64,000 bases of DNA from an uncultured delta proteobacterium (GCA_963709285.1 CAVPVR010000009.1:201063-265062); one strand, 5' to 3'. Shown: positions 1-10,919, counted from the first letter of the stretch. Notes: generated by a model not told the origin, from the letters alone. Made by a program: numbers and translations.

Positions 1-49
1 GAGTCTGGGGACCAACAGGGAGGCAAGGGCGAAGCAAAGGAGTCTCGGC

Positions 50-1708
50 GTGCGCAGCAAGTTGATGAAATCAGGCCTGGAAAAGTATCCACACCGCTCT
101 CTTCTTAAGGCCATGGGCCTCACCGACCGGGAGATCGAGCAGCCCTTCATCGGGGTGGCCAATGCCTATAATGAACTTATTCCCGGCCACATCCATCTGG
201 ATAAAATCACCCGGGCCGTCAAAGCCGGGGTGCGCCTGGCTGGGGGCACCCCCCTGGAGTTCGGGGTCATCGGCGTGTGCGACGGCCTGGCCATGCATCA
301 CCAGGGAATGAAGTATTCCCTGCCCTCCCGGGAGCTCATCTGTGACTCCATCGAAGTTATGGCCATGGCCCACCCTTTTGACGGACTGGTGCTGGTGGCC
401 AACTGTGACAAGATCGTCCCTGGTATGCTCATGGCGGCGCTGCGCCTGAACATCCCGGCCATCCTGATCAGTGGCGGCCCCATGCTGGCCGGCCAGTATC
501 GGGACCGGAAAGTTGACCTGATCACCGTCTTCGAGGGCGTGGGTGCAGTCAAAGCCGGACGGATGAGCGAAACGGAGCTGGCCGAGCTGGCGGATTGCGC
601 CTGTCCCGGTTGTGGCTCCTGCGCCGGCATGTTCACCGCCAACTCCATGAACTGCCTGAGCGAAGCCATCGGCCTGGCCCTTCCCGGGAACGGCACCATC
701 CCCGCGGTGCACGCCGCCCGCTTCCGCCTGGCCAAGGAAGCAGGCTTTAAAATCATGGAACTGGTGCAAAAAGAGCTTCTCCCCAGGCAGATCGCCACGC
801 TGGAAGCCTTTCAAAACGCCATGGCAGTGGACATGGCCCTGGGCTGCTCCACCAATACCGTGCTCCACGTGCCGGCCATCGCCCGGGAAGCGGGAATCGA
901 CCTGAACCTGGACCAGTTCAACGAAATCTCCGAACGCACGCCCCACCTTTGCCACCTCAGCCCTGGCGGGCCCCACCACCTGGAAGACCTGGACCGGGCC
1001 GGAGGGGTGCCGGCGGTGATGAAGGTGCTCCTGGAAGCCGGGCTGGTTTCCGGGGAGCCCCTCACCAGCACCGGCCACCGGGTGGCCGAGAATTTGGCTG
1101 GGGCCCGGGTGTTGGATGACACGGTCATCCGCCCGGTGGACCGTCCTTACCGCCCGGAGGGCGGCATCGCCATCCTCCATGGCAACCTGGCCCCGGAAGG
1201 CGCCGTGGTCAAACAGTCAGGCGTGGCCCCGGAAATGTTGGTGAACGAGGGCACTGCCAGAGTATTTGAATCAGAAGAAGACGCCACTGAAGCCATCCTG
1301 GGCGGCCGGATCAAATCCGGTGATATTATCGTGGTGCGCTACGAGGGGCCCAAAGCCGGCCCCGGCATGCGGGAAATGCTCACCCCCACCTCGTCCATTG
1401 CCGGCATGGGTCTGGACAAGGAGGTGGCCCTGCTGACCGACGGCCGCTTCAGCGGCGGCACCCGGGGCGCGGCCATCGGCCATATCTCACCTGAGGCCGC
1501 GGATGGCGGTCCCATCGCCTTCATTCAGGAGGGGGACCGCATCAGAATTGATATACCCCAAAAGACCCTGACGTTGTTGGTGGATGAGGCCGAGTTGGCC
1601 ACCAGAAAAAAATCCTGGCGTCCGCCGGAGCCCAAGATCAAGCACGGTTACGCCGCCCGCTACAGCCGTATGGTCAGTTCCGGGAGTACCGGCGCGGTGT
1701 GCACCTGA
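50..1708 (+). CDS. ilvD: Dihydroxy-acid dehydratase
   Basis: 552-aa ORF with GTG start shortly after AAAGGAG. Family motifs [34 protein letters not shown] and [17 protein letters not shown]. Confidence 0.93.
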   Translation: MRSKLMKSGLEKYPHRSLLKAMGLTDREIEQPFIGVANAYNELIPGHIHLDKITRAVKAGVRLAGGTPLEFGVIGVCDGLAMHHQGMKYSLPSRELICDSIEVMAMAHPFDGLVLVANCDKIVPGMLMAALRLNIPAILISGGPMLAGQYRDRKVDLITVFEGVGAVKAGRMSETELAELADCACPGCGSCAGMFTANSMNCLSEAIGLALPGNGTIPAVHAARFRLAKEAGFKIMELVQKELLPRQIATLEAFQNAMAVDMALGCSTNTVLHVPAIAREAGIDLNLDQFNEISERTPHLCHLSPGGPHHLEDLDRAGGVPAVMKVLLEAGLVSGEPLTSTGHRVAENLAGARVLDDTVIRPVDRPYRPEGGIAILHGNLAPEGAVVKQSGVAPEMLVNEGTARVFESEEDATEAILGGRIKSGDIIVVRYEGPKAGPGMREMLTPTSSIAGMGLDKEVALLTDGRFSGGTRGAAIGHISPEAADGGPIAFIQEGDRIRIDIPQKTLTLLVDEAELATRKKSWRPPEPKIKHGYAARYSRMVSSGSTGAVCT

Positions 1709-1947
1709 AGGTGTTGATAACCATGTCAGGACCGTGTGGCGATAGACCCTGTTATCAGAGTCTTTTAACAGTAACCCGCGGTGACACTCTGGAGTTTGAC
1801 AAAATCTGAGGGCAACTGTTGGAAACATTCAATAACTTGAAAAAAGATTCTTGAACAATAAAGGCTGGTTATCCTACTTATTGACATTAGCGACCGAGCT
1901 TATAATTTTCATTAGAATCTATTACTTTACTTAATGGAGAATTAACC

Positions 1948-3078
1948 ATGCGCCTGAAAATGGAACGGGAAAGCCTGCTCAAAGCCGTGGGCAGGACTCT
2001 GGGAGTAGTGGACCGGCGGGGTACGATGCCCATTCTCAGCCATTTCCTCCTGGAAGCCAAAGATGACCAGGTAGCCATGGCGGCCACAGATTTGGAGGTG
2101 AGTTTTCGGGGATTTTTTCCTGCCGAGGTCATAGAACCCGGAGCCCTGACGCTCCCGGCCCACTATGTCCACAACCTTATCAAGGAACTCCCCGGCGATT
2201 CCCTGGACCTGACGGGCACCGAGAACTCCAACGTCAAAATACAGGTGGGAGAGTCCCTCTACCAGCTCTTGGGCTTGCCGGCGGACCAGTTTCCTCCGGT
2301 GCCCGAGATCGCCGACCTCACCCTGGTGGAGGTGGAGAGCCCGCAGCTCAAGGACATGATTGAAAAGACCATCTTTTCCGTGTCCGGGGACGATCTCCAG
2401 TACCACCTCTCCGGGATCTTCTGGGAGCGCCATCAGGAACCGGAAGGCTACCAGTTGCGCCTGGTCTCCACCGACGGCCATCGTCTCACTCTTATCCAGC
2501 GGCCCCTGCCGGCTAGCGAGCAGTTCGCCATCGACGAAGGCATTCTCATCCCCCGGAAAGGGGTGGCGGAAATTTCCCGGCTGCTGGCCGAGGAAGAGAA
2601 AGTGGGGTTGGGCCTGACCAAGAAAAGTCTGGCCTTGCAGGCCGACAACAAGTACCTTTTTATCCGACTCCTGGAGAAAAAATTCCCCGACTACCGGCGC
2701 ATCATCCCGGAGAGTTTCACTTTTCGTTTCACCCTGTCCCGGCAGGCCCTCTATGACACCATCCGGCGCATTTCGCTCTTGTCCACGGAACGCTTCCGGG
2801 GAGTGGTGCTGGCCCTGGGCCCGGAGACCCTCGAGGCCACTTTTCACAACCCGGAGGTGGGGGAAGGCCGGGAGGTTCTCCCCCTCACCATGGAACAGGG
2901 CGACCCCGGGGAGCTTCCCATCCAGATCGGCTTTAATGCCCGCTATTTTCTAGAACCCCTGAGCGCCATGAGCGGCGACACGGTGCTCCTGGAAATGAAC
3001 GACAAGGAGCGGCCCTGCCGCCTGGTGCAGCAGGACGACCCCAACTACTTCGCCATTATCATGCCCATGAGTTTGTGA
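1948..3078 (+). CDS. dnaN: DNA polymerase III beta sliding clamp
   Basis: 376-aa ORF with ATG 7 nt after GGAGA. N-terminus MRLKMERESLLKAVGRTLGVVDRRGTMPILSHFLLEA...ATDLEVS and overall length are typical of the beta clamp. gyrB lies directly downstream. Confidence 0.92.
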   Translation: MRLKMERESLLKAVGRTLGVVDRRGTMPILSHFLLEAKDDQVAMAATDLEVSFRGFFPAEVIEPGALTLPAHYVHNLIKELPGDSLDLTGTENSNVKIQVGESLYQLLGLPADQFPPVPEIADLTLVEVESPQLKDMIEKTIFSVSGDDLQYHLSGIFWERHQEPEGYQLRLVSTDGHRLTLIQRPLPASEQFAIDEGILIPRKGVAEISRLLAEEEKVGLGLTKKSLALQADNKYLFIRLLEKKFPDYRRIIPESFTFRFTLSRQALYDTIRRISLLSTERFRGVVLALGPETLEATFHNPEVGEGREVLPLTMEQGDPGELPIQIGFNARYFLEPLSAMSGDTVLLEMNDKERPCRLVQQDDPNYFAIIMPMSL

Positions 3079-3091
3079 GAAAAATACATGA

Positions 3092-5581
<2,490 letters not shown>

Positions 5582-5682
5582 TATTAAAGAGTGGGGGCCA
5601 GAGCTGGCCCTGTTAGCCAGGGTCCTCTGAAGAATTAGTGCCCCCTTCCCCACCAACCCAAGCTTACTGAGGAGGAACCATC

Positions 5683-6102
5683 ATGGCAAAGCGCAAAGCG
5701 GTTTACAAAATTTTCGTGACCCGGCGGGAAATGATTGGCGTAGGTGATCAGCCGGACCACACCCTGATGCTCACGGAACTGGAAGGCGAGCCCCTCGAGC
5801 TGAAGGTGGGGGTTGCAGGGGAGTTTATCTCCCGGCGGAGCGTGGGCTTCCATGACCGCATCAAAGGTTCCGGCAAGATGGAAGGGTATGCCATCAGCAC
5901 TTTCCAACACGGCCAGGTATACAGCCGCTACGAAGGCCAGCGGGATGGGGCTACCAAGATCACCAGCGGCACCTGGAAAGTGACCCAGGGCACGGGGAAA
6001 CTCGCCGGTCTCACCGGTCAGGGCACCTTCACTGTGAAACCCACGGAGAAGTCCCGGGAGTTCATCCTGGATATGGAAGGGGACTACGAGTTGGGCACCT
6101 AA
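5683..6102 (+). CDS. Hypothetical small protein, paralogue 1 of a tandem pair
   Basis: 139-aa ORF with ATG after GAGGAGG. Clearly similar to 6397..6801 (shared KI[FY]VTRREM..VGDQP[DE]HTLMLTE, GVAGEF[IV]SRRSVGFHDR, GTWKV..G.GKL, EFILDM.G.Y). No family recognised; probably a small beta-rich fold. Confidence 0.7.
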   Translation: MAKRKAVYKIFVTRREMIGVGDQPDHTLMLTELEGEPLELKVGVAGEFISRRSVGFHDRIKGSGKMEGYAISTFQHGQVYSRYEGQRDGATKITSGTWKVTQGTGKLAGLTGQGTFTVKPTEKSREFILDMEGDYELGT

Positions 6103-6187
6103 TTGAGGATGTGGCGGTAAAAGGCCTGGTCTTCCCAGGACTGCCCCGAGTCGGCACGACCTTTGTCCGGCAGTTTTTCTCTAACCT

Positions 6188-6306
6188 GTTGCAAAACCTC
6201 TTTTTCTGTCATCCTGAACGAAGTGAAGGAGCTCAACTTATTGAAAATACGAGATTCTTCGCTTCGCACAGAATGACCTTTTAGGAGGACTTGAGGATTT
6301 GCAATA
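6188..6306. repeat. MITE-like palindromic element, family A, copy 1
   Basis: Core GTCATCCTGAACGAAGTGAAGGA...GATTCTTCGCTTCGCACAGAATGAC flanked by outer inverted TTGCAAAACCTC / GAGGATTTGCAA. Related copies at 11549, 21446 and 29040, plus a variant at 52874. Confidence 0.85.
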
Positions 6307-6313
6307 GCTTGTA

Positions 6314-6348
6314 GGGAGAGGGGGTAGAGGCTCCAGGCCCCCTCTCCC
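6314..6348. repeat. G/C-tract palindrome (REP family G)
   Basis: GGGAGAGGGGGTAGAGGCTCCAGGCCCCCTCTCCC is self-complementary. Same style as the elements at 18550, 31645, 39195 and 43630. Confidence 0.75.
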
Positions 6349-6396
6349 CAAGAAAAGGTGCCACAATCTCAAGACGCTCACCGAGGAGGGGCTGTC

Positions 6397-6801
6397 ATGC
6401 ACCGCAGAGCCAGTTTCAAGATTTACGTGACCCGCCGAGAAATGCTCTATGTCGGCGACCAGCCCGAGCACACTCTGATGCTCACCGAAATGGAGGGTGA
6501 GGCCGTGGATTACACCCCGGGAGTAGCCGGGGAGTTCGTCTCCCGGCGCAGCGTGGGGTTCCATGACCGCACCAGAGGGGAAGGCCCCATGCAGGGTTAT
6601 GCCGTGACTCATTATGAACTGGGTACGGTCTTCTCCCGCTTTGAAGGAGTGCGCAAGAAGGATGTCACCACGGGTACCTGGAAGGTTTACAAGGGCATCG
6701 GCAAGCTGCAAAATCTCCAGGGAAGCGGCACCTTCGAGGTGAAGTCCACGGGGAAGCCCAATGAATTCATTCTGGACATGCAAGGGGAATATGTGCTGTA
6801 G
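6397..6801 (+). CDS. Hypothetical small protein, paralogue 2 of a tandem pair
   Basis: The ORF opens at 6358, but ATG 6397 follows the same GAGGAGG RBS as paralogue 1 and aligns with its N-terminus (MHRRASFKIYVTRREM vs MAKRKAVYKIFVTRREM). Confidence 0.7.
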   Translation: MHRRASFKIYVTRREMLYVGDQPEHTLMLTEMEGEAVDYTPGVAGEFVSRRSVGFHDRTRGEGPMQGYAVTHYELGTVFSRFEGVRKKDVTTGTWKVYKGIGKLQNLQGSGTFEVKSTGKPNEFILDMQGEYVL

Positions 6802-6949
6802 CACCTTGAACCCGGCGCGGGGGGAGAGCTCTCCCCCCTCCTTCCCCAGAAAGCCCTGCAAAAACCAACACCAAGAAGCGGAAGGAATGAAAGGGTTCCC
6901 CTGGGGCTAACACTTCTTCTTTCCCGTCGTCTAATCAAGAGAGTCCATC

Positions 6950-7303
6950 ATGGAATGTGGTCGTTGCGGAGTCACCCTTGAGGCAGGAGAAAGCCGAGAG
7001 CACGCCGGTCAGGAACTCTGTGAGGATTGCTACCTCGAGGCCTTGAGTCCACTCCAGGCCTGTGATCCCTGGGCCGTGCACTTGGCCAAGAGCGACAAGG
7101 GCAGAAGCGGTCTACAGCTCACCTCGGTCCAGCAGAAGCTTTACAACCTGGTGCAGGAACGGGGGATGATGCCGTTCCCGGAGGCGGCCCGCCTCTTAGG
7201 CCTGACAGAGGAGGAACTGCGCCGGGAGTTTGCCACCCTCCGCCACCTGGAACTCCTCCGGTCCCACCAGCACCACCAGCAGGTCCTCATCGCCCTGTTT
7301 TGA
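6950..7303 (+). CDS. Zn-ribbon (CxxC..CxxC) plus probable winged-helix small protein
   Basis: 117 aa. MECGRCG...LCEDCY gives four Cys in a ribbon-like spacing. The C-terminal LYNLVQERGMMPFPEAARLLGLTEEELRREFATLRHLELL looks HTH-like. Its TGA stop overlaps the TTG start of the ECF sigma gene. Confidence 0.6.
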   Translation: MECGRCGVTLEAGESREHAGQELCEDCYLEALSPLQACDPWAVHLAKSDKGRSGLQLTSVQQKLYNLVQERGMMPFPEAARLLGLTEEELRREFATLRHLELLRSHQHHQQVLIALF

Positions 7304-7860
7304 GCAGTTTGCCCACCGACCTGGACTATGCCCTCCTCCAGCGCATCGACCGGGGAGAGCCTGCGGCCCTGGAGGAGCTCATGCGCCGCCACGAGCGGCG
7401 TCTCTATCAGTTGGCCTACCGGCTGCTGAAGGACCCCCTGGAAGCGGAAGACGCCCTCCAGGAGGCCTTCCTCAAGGCCTATGAGCATGCCGGTCGCTTC
7501 CAGCCCTTCAGCACGGTGAAGGCCTGGCTGAACCGCATCACCGCCAACCACTGCCTGAACCGACTCCGGGAGCGAGTGCCCCAGGATTCCCTGGATGACG
7601 AGGACAGGGCCCCACGCCTGGCCTCAAAAGAGGCCAGCCCCCTCGAGGCTCTGGAAGGGTCTGACCTGGCCCGCCGCTTGGAGAGTCTGTTGGCGGCCTT
7701 GCCGGAAAACCAGCGCCGGGCCCTGGTGCTGAAACGCTTCGGTGACCTTTCTTACCAGGAGATCGCCGAGGTCATGGGGACCACTGCCAGCGCCGTGGAC
7801 GGTCTCATCAAGCGGGCCCGGCAGTTTTTACGGAAAGCGCTGGCTGAATATCTTGAATAA
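7300..7860 (+). CDS. ECF-type RNA polymerase sigma factor (sigma-70 family, group 4)
   Basis: 186 aa. Region 2: RLYQLAYRLLKDPLEAEDALQEAFLKAYEH...KAWLNRITANHCLNRLRE. Region 4: LPENQRRALVLKRFGDLSYQEIAEVMGTTASAVDGLIKRARQFLRK. TTG start at 7300. Confidence 0.9.
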   Translation: MSSLPTDLDYALLQRIDRGEPAALEELMRRHERRLYQLAYRLLKDPLEAEDALQEAFLKAYEHAGRFQPFSTVKAWLNRITANHCLNRLRERVPQDSLDDEDRAPRLASKEASPLEALEGSDLARRLESLLAALPENQRRALVLKRFGDLSYQEIAEVMGTTASAVDGLIKRARQFLRKALAEYLE

Positions 7861-7882
7861 GAGCGCCCTGCTTTTCCCGCGG

Positions 7883-8290
7883 TTATTTCTTCTTCCCGGT
7901 CAGTTCCTCCACTTCCTTCTCCCCATGGGCCAGTTCCTTGCCGTATTCGGGGTCCAGACGGAGGAGCAGGGCCTGAAATTCCCCGGCGTGGGTTTTTTCT
8001 TCCTTGGCCACGTCCAGGAGAACAGCCTTAATTTTCTCGTTGTCGGTCATGCTGGCCAACTGTTCATAGAGGTTCACCGCATCCAGTTCAGCAATGATGC
8101 CGGCCCGCAGAATTTGCTTGTCGATGTCCTCTTTTTTTATTTTGTCGAGTTTGACGGGAGTCTTAGACAGCATCTTAACTTCTGTTGGCTTTTTTCCACC
8201 CTGATACTGGGCGTATCCCAGGTCGGCCCAGGCGAGGGTGGCAGCCAGAAAAAGGGCGGTCAGGGCCATAAGCCCCAGGCGTTTTTTCAT
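7883..8290 (-). CDS. Ferritin-like protein of the encapsulated-ferritin (EncFtn) type, with N-terminal Sec signal peptide
   Basis: 135 aa. MKKRLGLMALTALFLAATLAWA is signal-like. The core ILRAGIIAELDAVNLYEQLA...LLDVAKEEKTHAGEFQALLLRLDPE matches, from memory, the ferritin-like domain fused to archaeal encapsulins and stand-alone EncFtn cargo. Confidence 0.75.
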   Translation of the reverse strand: MKKRLGLMALTALFLAATLAWADLGYAQYQGGKKPTEVKMLSKTPVKLDKIKKEDIDKQILRAGIIAELDAVNLYEQLASMTDNEKIKAVLLDVAKEEKTHAGEFQALLLRLDPEYGKELAHGEKEVEELTGKKK

Positions 8291-8375
8291 GGATAACTCC
8301 TTAGGTGATTTTCAGGGCACCATGAGGACACCGTCAAATGGAGTCGATGAGCAAGGTGCCCTGCTTTTTCCAATC

Positions 8376-8663
8376 CTATGGTTTGCCGATGAGTTCCTCT
8401 ACTTCCTCCTCCCCATGGGCCAATTCCTCTTTCTGCTCGGGGTCCAGGCGGAGGAGCATGGCCTGAAATTCCCCGGCGTGGGTTTTTTCTTCTTTGGCCA
8501 CGTCCAGAAGGATGGCCTTGAGGTTGGCATTGCCGGTCATGTGGGCCAACTGCTCGTACAGGTTCACTGCGTCCAGCTCGGCGATGATGGCGGCGCGCAG
8601 AATTTCTTTGTCCAGGTCGGCTGTGCTTACCTTGTTGAGATCGATGGGAATGCGGGACAACAT
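8376..8663 (-). CDS. Ferritin-like protein of the EncFtn type, no signal peptide
   Basis: 95 aa paralogue of 7883..8290 (ILRAAIIAELDAVNLYEQLAHMT...LLDVAKEEKTHAGEFQAMLLRLDPEQ). AGGAGAAAA RBS upstream. Confidence 0.78.
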   Translation of the reverse strand: MLSRIPIDLNKVSTADLDKEILRAAIIAELDAVNLYEQLAHMTGNANLKAILLDVAKEEKTHAGEFQAMLLRLDPEQKEELAHGEEEVEELIGKP

Positions 8664-8962
8664 GAGATTTTCTCCTTAGCTTTTGATCATCATACCCGGT
8701 ATTGCAAGGGGCAAAATCCAGGATTAAAGAGGGATGGACGGGGGGGCGCAGACCTCAAAGGGGAGGCCCACCCTTCTCGAAATTTATCATTAAATTCTTG
8801 TCAAAGGTAAGGATATAATCGGTTAATATTTTATAAGTTAATCTTTCTGGAGGCGAAAGGAAGTGCTCAAAATATTTCCCGCCGGCAGGAATCCTGAGAA
8901 TCGCATCTTTGCGCGCCGGAAAATGGCCATTTTCTGGTTATTTCTCCTAAAGGGAACACGCG

Positions 8963-9397
8963 ATGAAGTGTAACGAGGTGCAGGAACATTTGTCGGCTTG
9001 GCTGGACGGTGAAGTGCCGGAGGAGCTGCGTCCGGCTTTGGCGGCGCATCTCGACGAGTGTCCGGACTGTCAGGCGGAGTTCGCAGTCCTGGAGCGCCTG
9101 GAGGCTGCCTTGGCCGAACTCGAGGCCCCGGCGCCGGAGGGCCTGGCGGCTGCCGTGCGGCGGCGGCTCCCCCGCCCCGCCTCGCCCTGGCGACAGTCTC
9201 TGGCCTTGGCCGCCTGCCTGGTCCTGGGGATTTTTCTCGGGGGCTCGCTCACCGGGACCCTGTATCCGGAAATGAAATCTGCGAATGGCAACGGCTATGG
9301 CAACGAGGTGGCCAGTCTGGAAATCTTCCAGGATTACCCCCAGGGTTCCCTGGGCGGGGCCTTCTCCGACCAGGCGGAGGAGGATAACAGCGCATGA
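8963..9397 (+). CDS. Anti-sigma factor (zf-HC2 type), single-pass membrane protein
   Basis: 144 aa. MKCNEVQEHLSAWLDGEVPEE...HLDECPDCQAEF is the classical H-x3-C-x2-C anti-sigma N-terminus. TM segment LALAACLVLGIFLGGSL. Confidence 0.88.
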   Translation: MKCNEVQEHLSAWLDGEVPEELRPALAAHLDECPDCQAEFAVLERLEAALAELEAPAPEGLAAAVRRRLPRPASPWRQSLALAACLVLGIFLGGSLTGTLYPEMKSANGNGYGNEVASLEIFQDYPQGSLGGAFSDQAEEDNSA

Positions 9398-9957
9398 AGC
9401 GGGACTGGCTCCTGTACCTGGTGATCTTCTCTCTGGCCCTGAACGTGGGGACCATCGGCACCTTTGCCTACCTGCGCTGGCAAGACCAAGAGATGGCGCC
9501 CCCCCCGCCGAAGGCGGCGCCCTTGCCGTTCCGCAAACTGATGCGGGAACTACAGCTCGACCGCCAGCAGCGCCAGGCCTTCAGACACCTGGCCCCGGAG
9601 CACCACCGCAAGGTCCGGGCGTTGCAGCAGGAACTGGCGCAGCAACGCAGGGAACTGTTCGCCCTGCTCAAACAGGAAAGCCTGCCTGAGTGGCCGCCGG
9701 TGCAGTCCAAGGTCCGGGATATCGGCGGCCTCCAGATCCGGCTGCAAGAGGAGAAAGTGCATCACCTCCTGGAAGTTCAAAAAAATCTCAATCCTGAGCA
9801 GCGGCAGGTGCTTTTAACCAACCTGGAAAAGCACTTGTCTCATTTCTGGGGCCGGCGCGGCAGGCACCGGGGGCCGATGAAACACAGGTGGGGTCCCGGC
9901 CACCCACCTGGCCCACCTGAACCACCCGCCTCGCCAGGGCCTCCCGGGCCCCAATAG
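9394..9957 (+). CDS. Spy/CpxP/ZraP-like periplasmic stress protein (LTxxQ-type repeats), membrane-anchored
   Basis: 187 aa. N-terminal TM segment. LQLDRQQRQAF and LNPEQRQVL motifs within helical Q/R-rich repeats, and a Pro-rich tail. ATGA start/stop overlap with the anti-sigma gene. Confidence 0.72.
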   Translation: MKRDWLLYLVIFSLALNVGTIGTFAYLRWQDQEMAPPPPKAAPLPFRKLMRELQLDRQQRQAFRHLAPEHHRKVRALQQELAQQRRELFALLKQESLPEWPPVQSKVRDIGGLQIRLQEEKVHHLLEVQKNLNPEQRQVLLTNLEKHLSHFWGRRGRHRGPMKHRWGPGHPPGPPEPPASPGPPGPQ

Positions 9958-10005
9958 AACGCTTATCAGAACGCACGGTCAATTTACCCCATCAAGGAGT
10001 TACCC

Positions 10006-10314
10006 ATGCAAAAACGTAGTTGGCTTCTGATCATTATGGCCTTTTTCCTGACCGCCACCCTCACCTGGGCCGACCTGGGTTATGCTCAGGCCCAGGGGGG
10101 ACCAGGCCGGAAAGGCGCCACCCAGGGCGCCGGGTCCGGGCGAGGTGCCGGCAACCCAAACTGTCCCTACTACTCCGGCTCTCAGACCTGTCCCCGGGAG
10201 GGGGTCTGTAACAACCAGACTCGGGCCAGGAACCGTTCTCGCCGGGGCGCTACCCAGGCTCCGGCCAACCCCAACCCCCAAAGCCAAAACCCAACCCCCC
10301 AAAGCGGCAAGTAA
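10006..10314 (+). CDS. Small secreted Gly/Pro/Asn-rich protein with four Cys
   Basis: 102 aa. Signal peptide MQKRSWLLIIMAFFLTATLTWA. Mature part is low-complexity with CPYYSGSQTCPREGVC. AAGGAG RBS. Followed by a terminator. Confidence 0.65.
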   Translation: MQKRSWLLIIMAFFLTATLTWADLGYAQAQGGPGRKGATQGAGSGRGAGNPNCPYYSGSQTCPREGVCNNQTRARNRSRRGATQAPANPNPQSQNPTPQSGK

Positions 10315-10320
10315 CCCTCC

Positions 10321-10362
10321 AGCCCCGCCCCCGCCTGGACCCCCCGGGCGGGGGCTTTTTAT
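10321..10362 (+). terminator. Rho-independent terminator
   Basis: AGCCCCGCCCCC...GGGCGGGGGCT stem (one bulge) followed by TTTTTA, 7 nt after the stop of 10006..10314. Confidence 0.7.
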
Positions 10363-10511
10363 TCATTTCTCTCTGGCATCCCCCGAAAAGACAGCGTACT
10401 CTGAGAAAAAACCTATATAATTTTCAAGAACTGCTTGGTAACCGGAGAAGTCAAAACTGCCACCGACTGGCGTTTTTCAACACCCCAAGAAAAAAAGAAC
10501 GAGGCCCAACC

Positions 10512-10919
10512 ATGATCACCAGAGATCACCGCATGGAAACCATGTCTTTTGCTGACGTCCTGCGTGAAATGGACATCGAATTTCTGGTCTCCGGGGAATA
10601 TGGCATCCTGGTGGAGGAGGCCGCCAAGTTCCTGGATCATCCGCATTTCCTGTTTCTGGATGTGCGGACCCATGAAGAACATAACCATTTGGCCTTTCCC
10701 TTTGCCTTACATATTCCGGTTAATGAACTACCCGACCGGCTGGCTGAAGTGCCCCGGGACAAGTTCATCATTACCTTTTGCTTAACAGGTTTTCGGGCCG
10801 CCATGGCCTATGCGTTCTTGAGGACGCAGGGCTTTGACGAAATTAAGGCCCTCAAGGGGCGGTTAGATAATCTGGCCGGCGCCATGACCCCCGGACGCTT
10901 TTACCAACTGGCGGTTTAA
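10512..10919 (+). CDS. Rhodanese-domain sulfurtransferase-like protein
   Basis: 135 aa. FLFLDVRTHEEHNHLAFPFALHIPVNELPDRL and an active-site-like loop FCLTGFRAAMA. Confidence 0.8.
   Translation: MITRDHRMETMSFADVLREMDIEFLVSGEYGILVEEAAKFLDHPHFLFLDVRTHEEHNHLAFPFALHIPVNELPDRLAEVPRDKFIITFCLTGFRAAMAYAFLRTQGFDEIKALKGRLDNLAGAMTPGRFYQLAV

Noticed and set aside
1881-1906. TTGACA ... TATAAT upstream of dnaN as a strong promoter.
   Set aside because: The spacer is only 14 nt, outside the functional 16-18 nt range, so I did not list it as a feature.
8313-8363. The 9-bp inverted repeat CAGGGCACC ... GGTGCCCTG between the two EncFtn-like genes, considered as a terminator.
   Set aside because: The loop is 33 nt. 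On the coding (minus) strand the stem is followed by AAAAT, not a U-run. The T-run is on the plus strand, where nothing ends. It may be an RNA structure, but it is not a canonical terminator.
8700-8745. A sigma-54-like TGG....TTGCA element upstream of 8376..8663 (minus strand: CTGGATTTTGCCCCTTGCAA).
   Set aside because: The GG-to-GC spacing is 12 nt instead of the required 10.
7742-8810. Plus-strand ORFs 7742..8296 and 8238..8810, which resemble each other.
   Set aside because: They are the antisense images of the two paralogous EncFtn-like genes. Their mutual similarity simply mirrors that paralogy.
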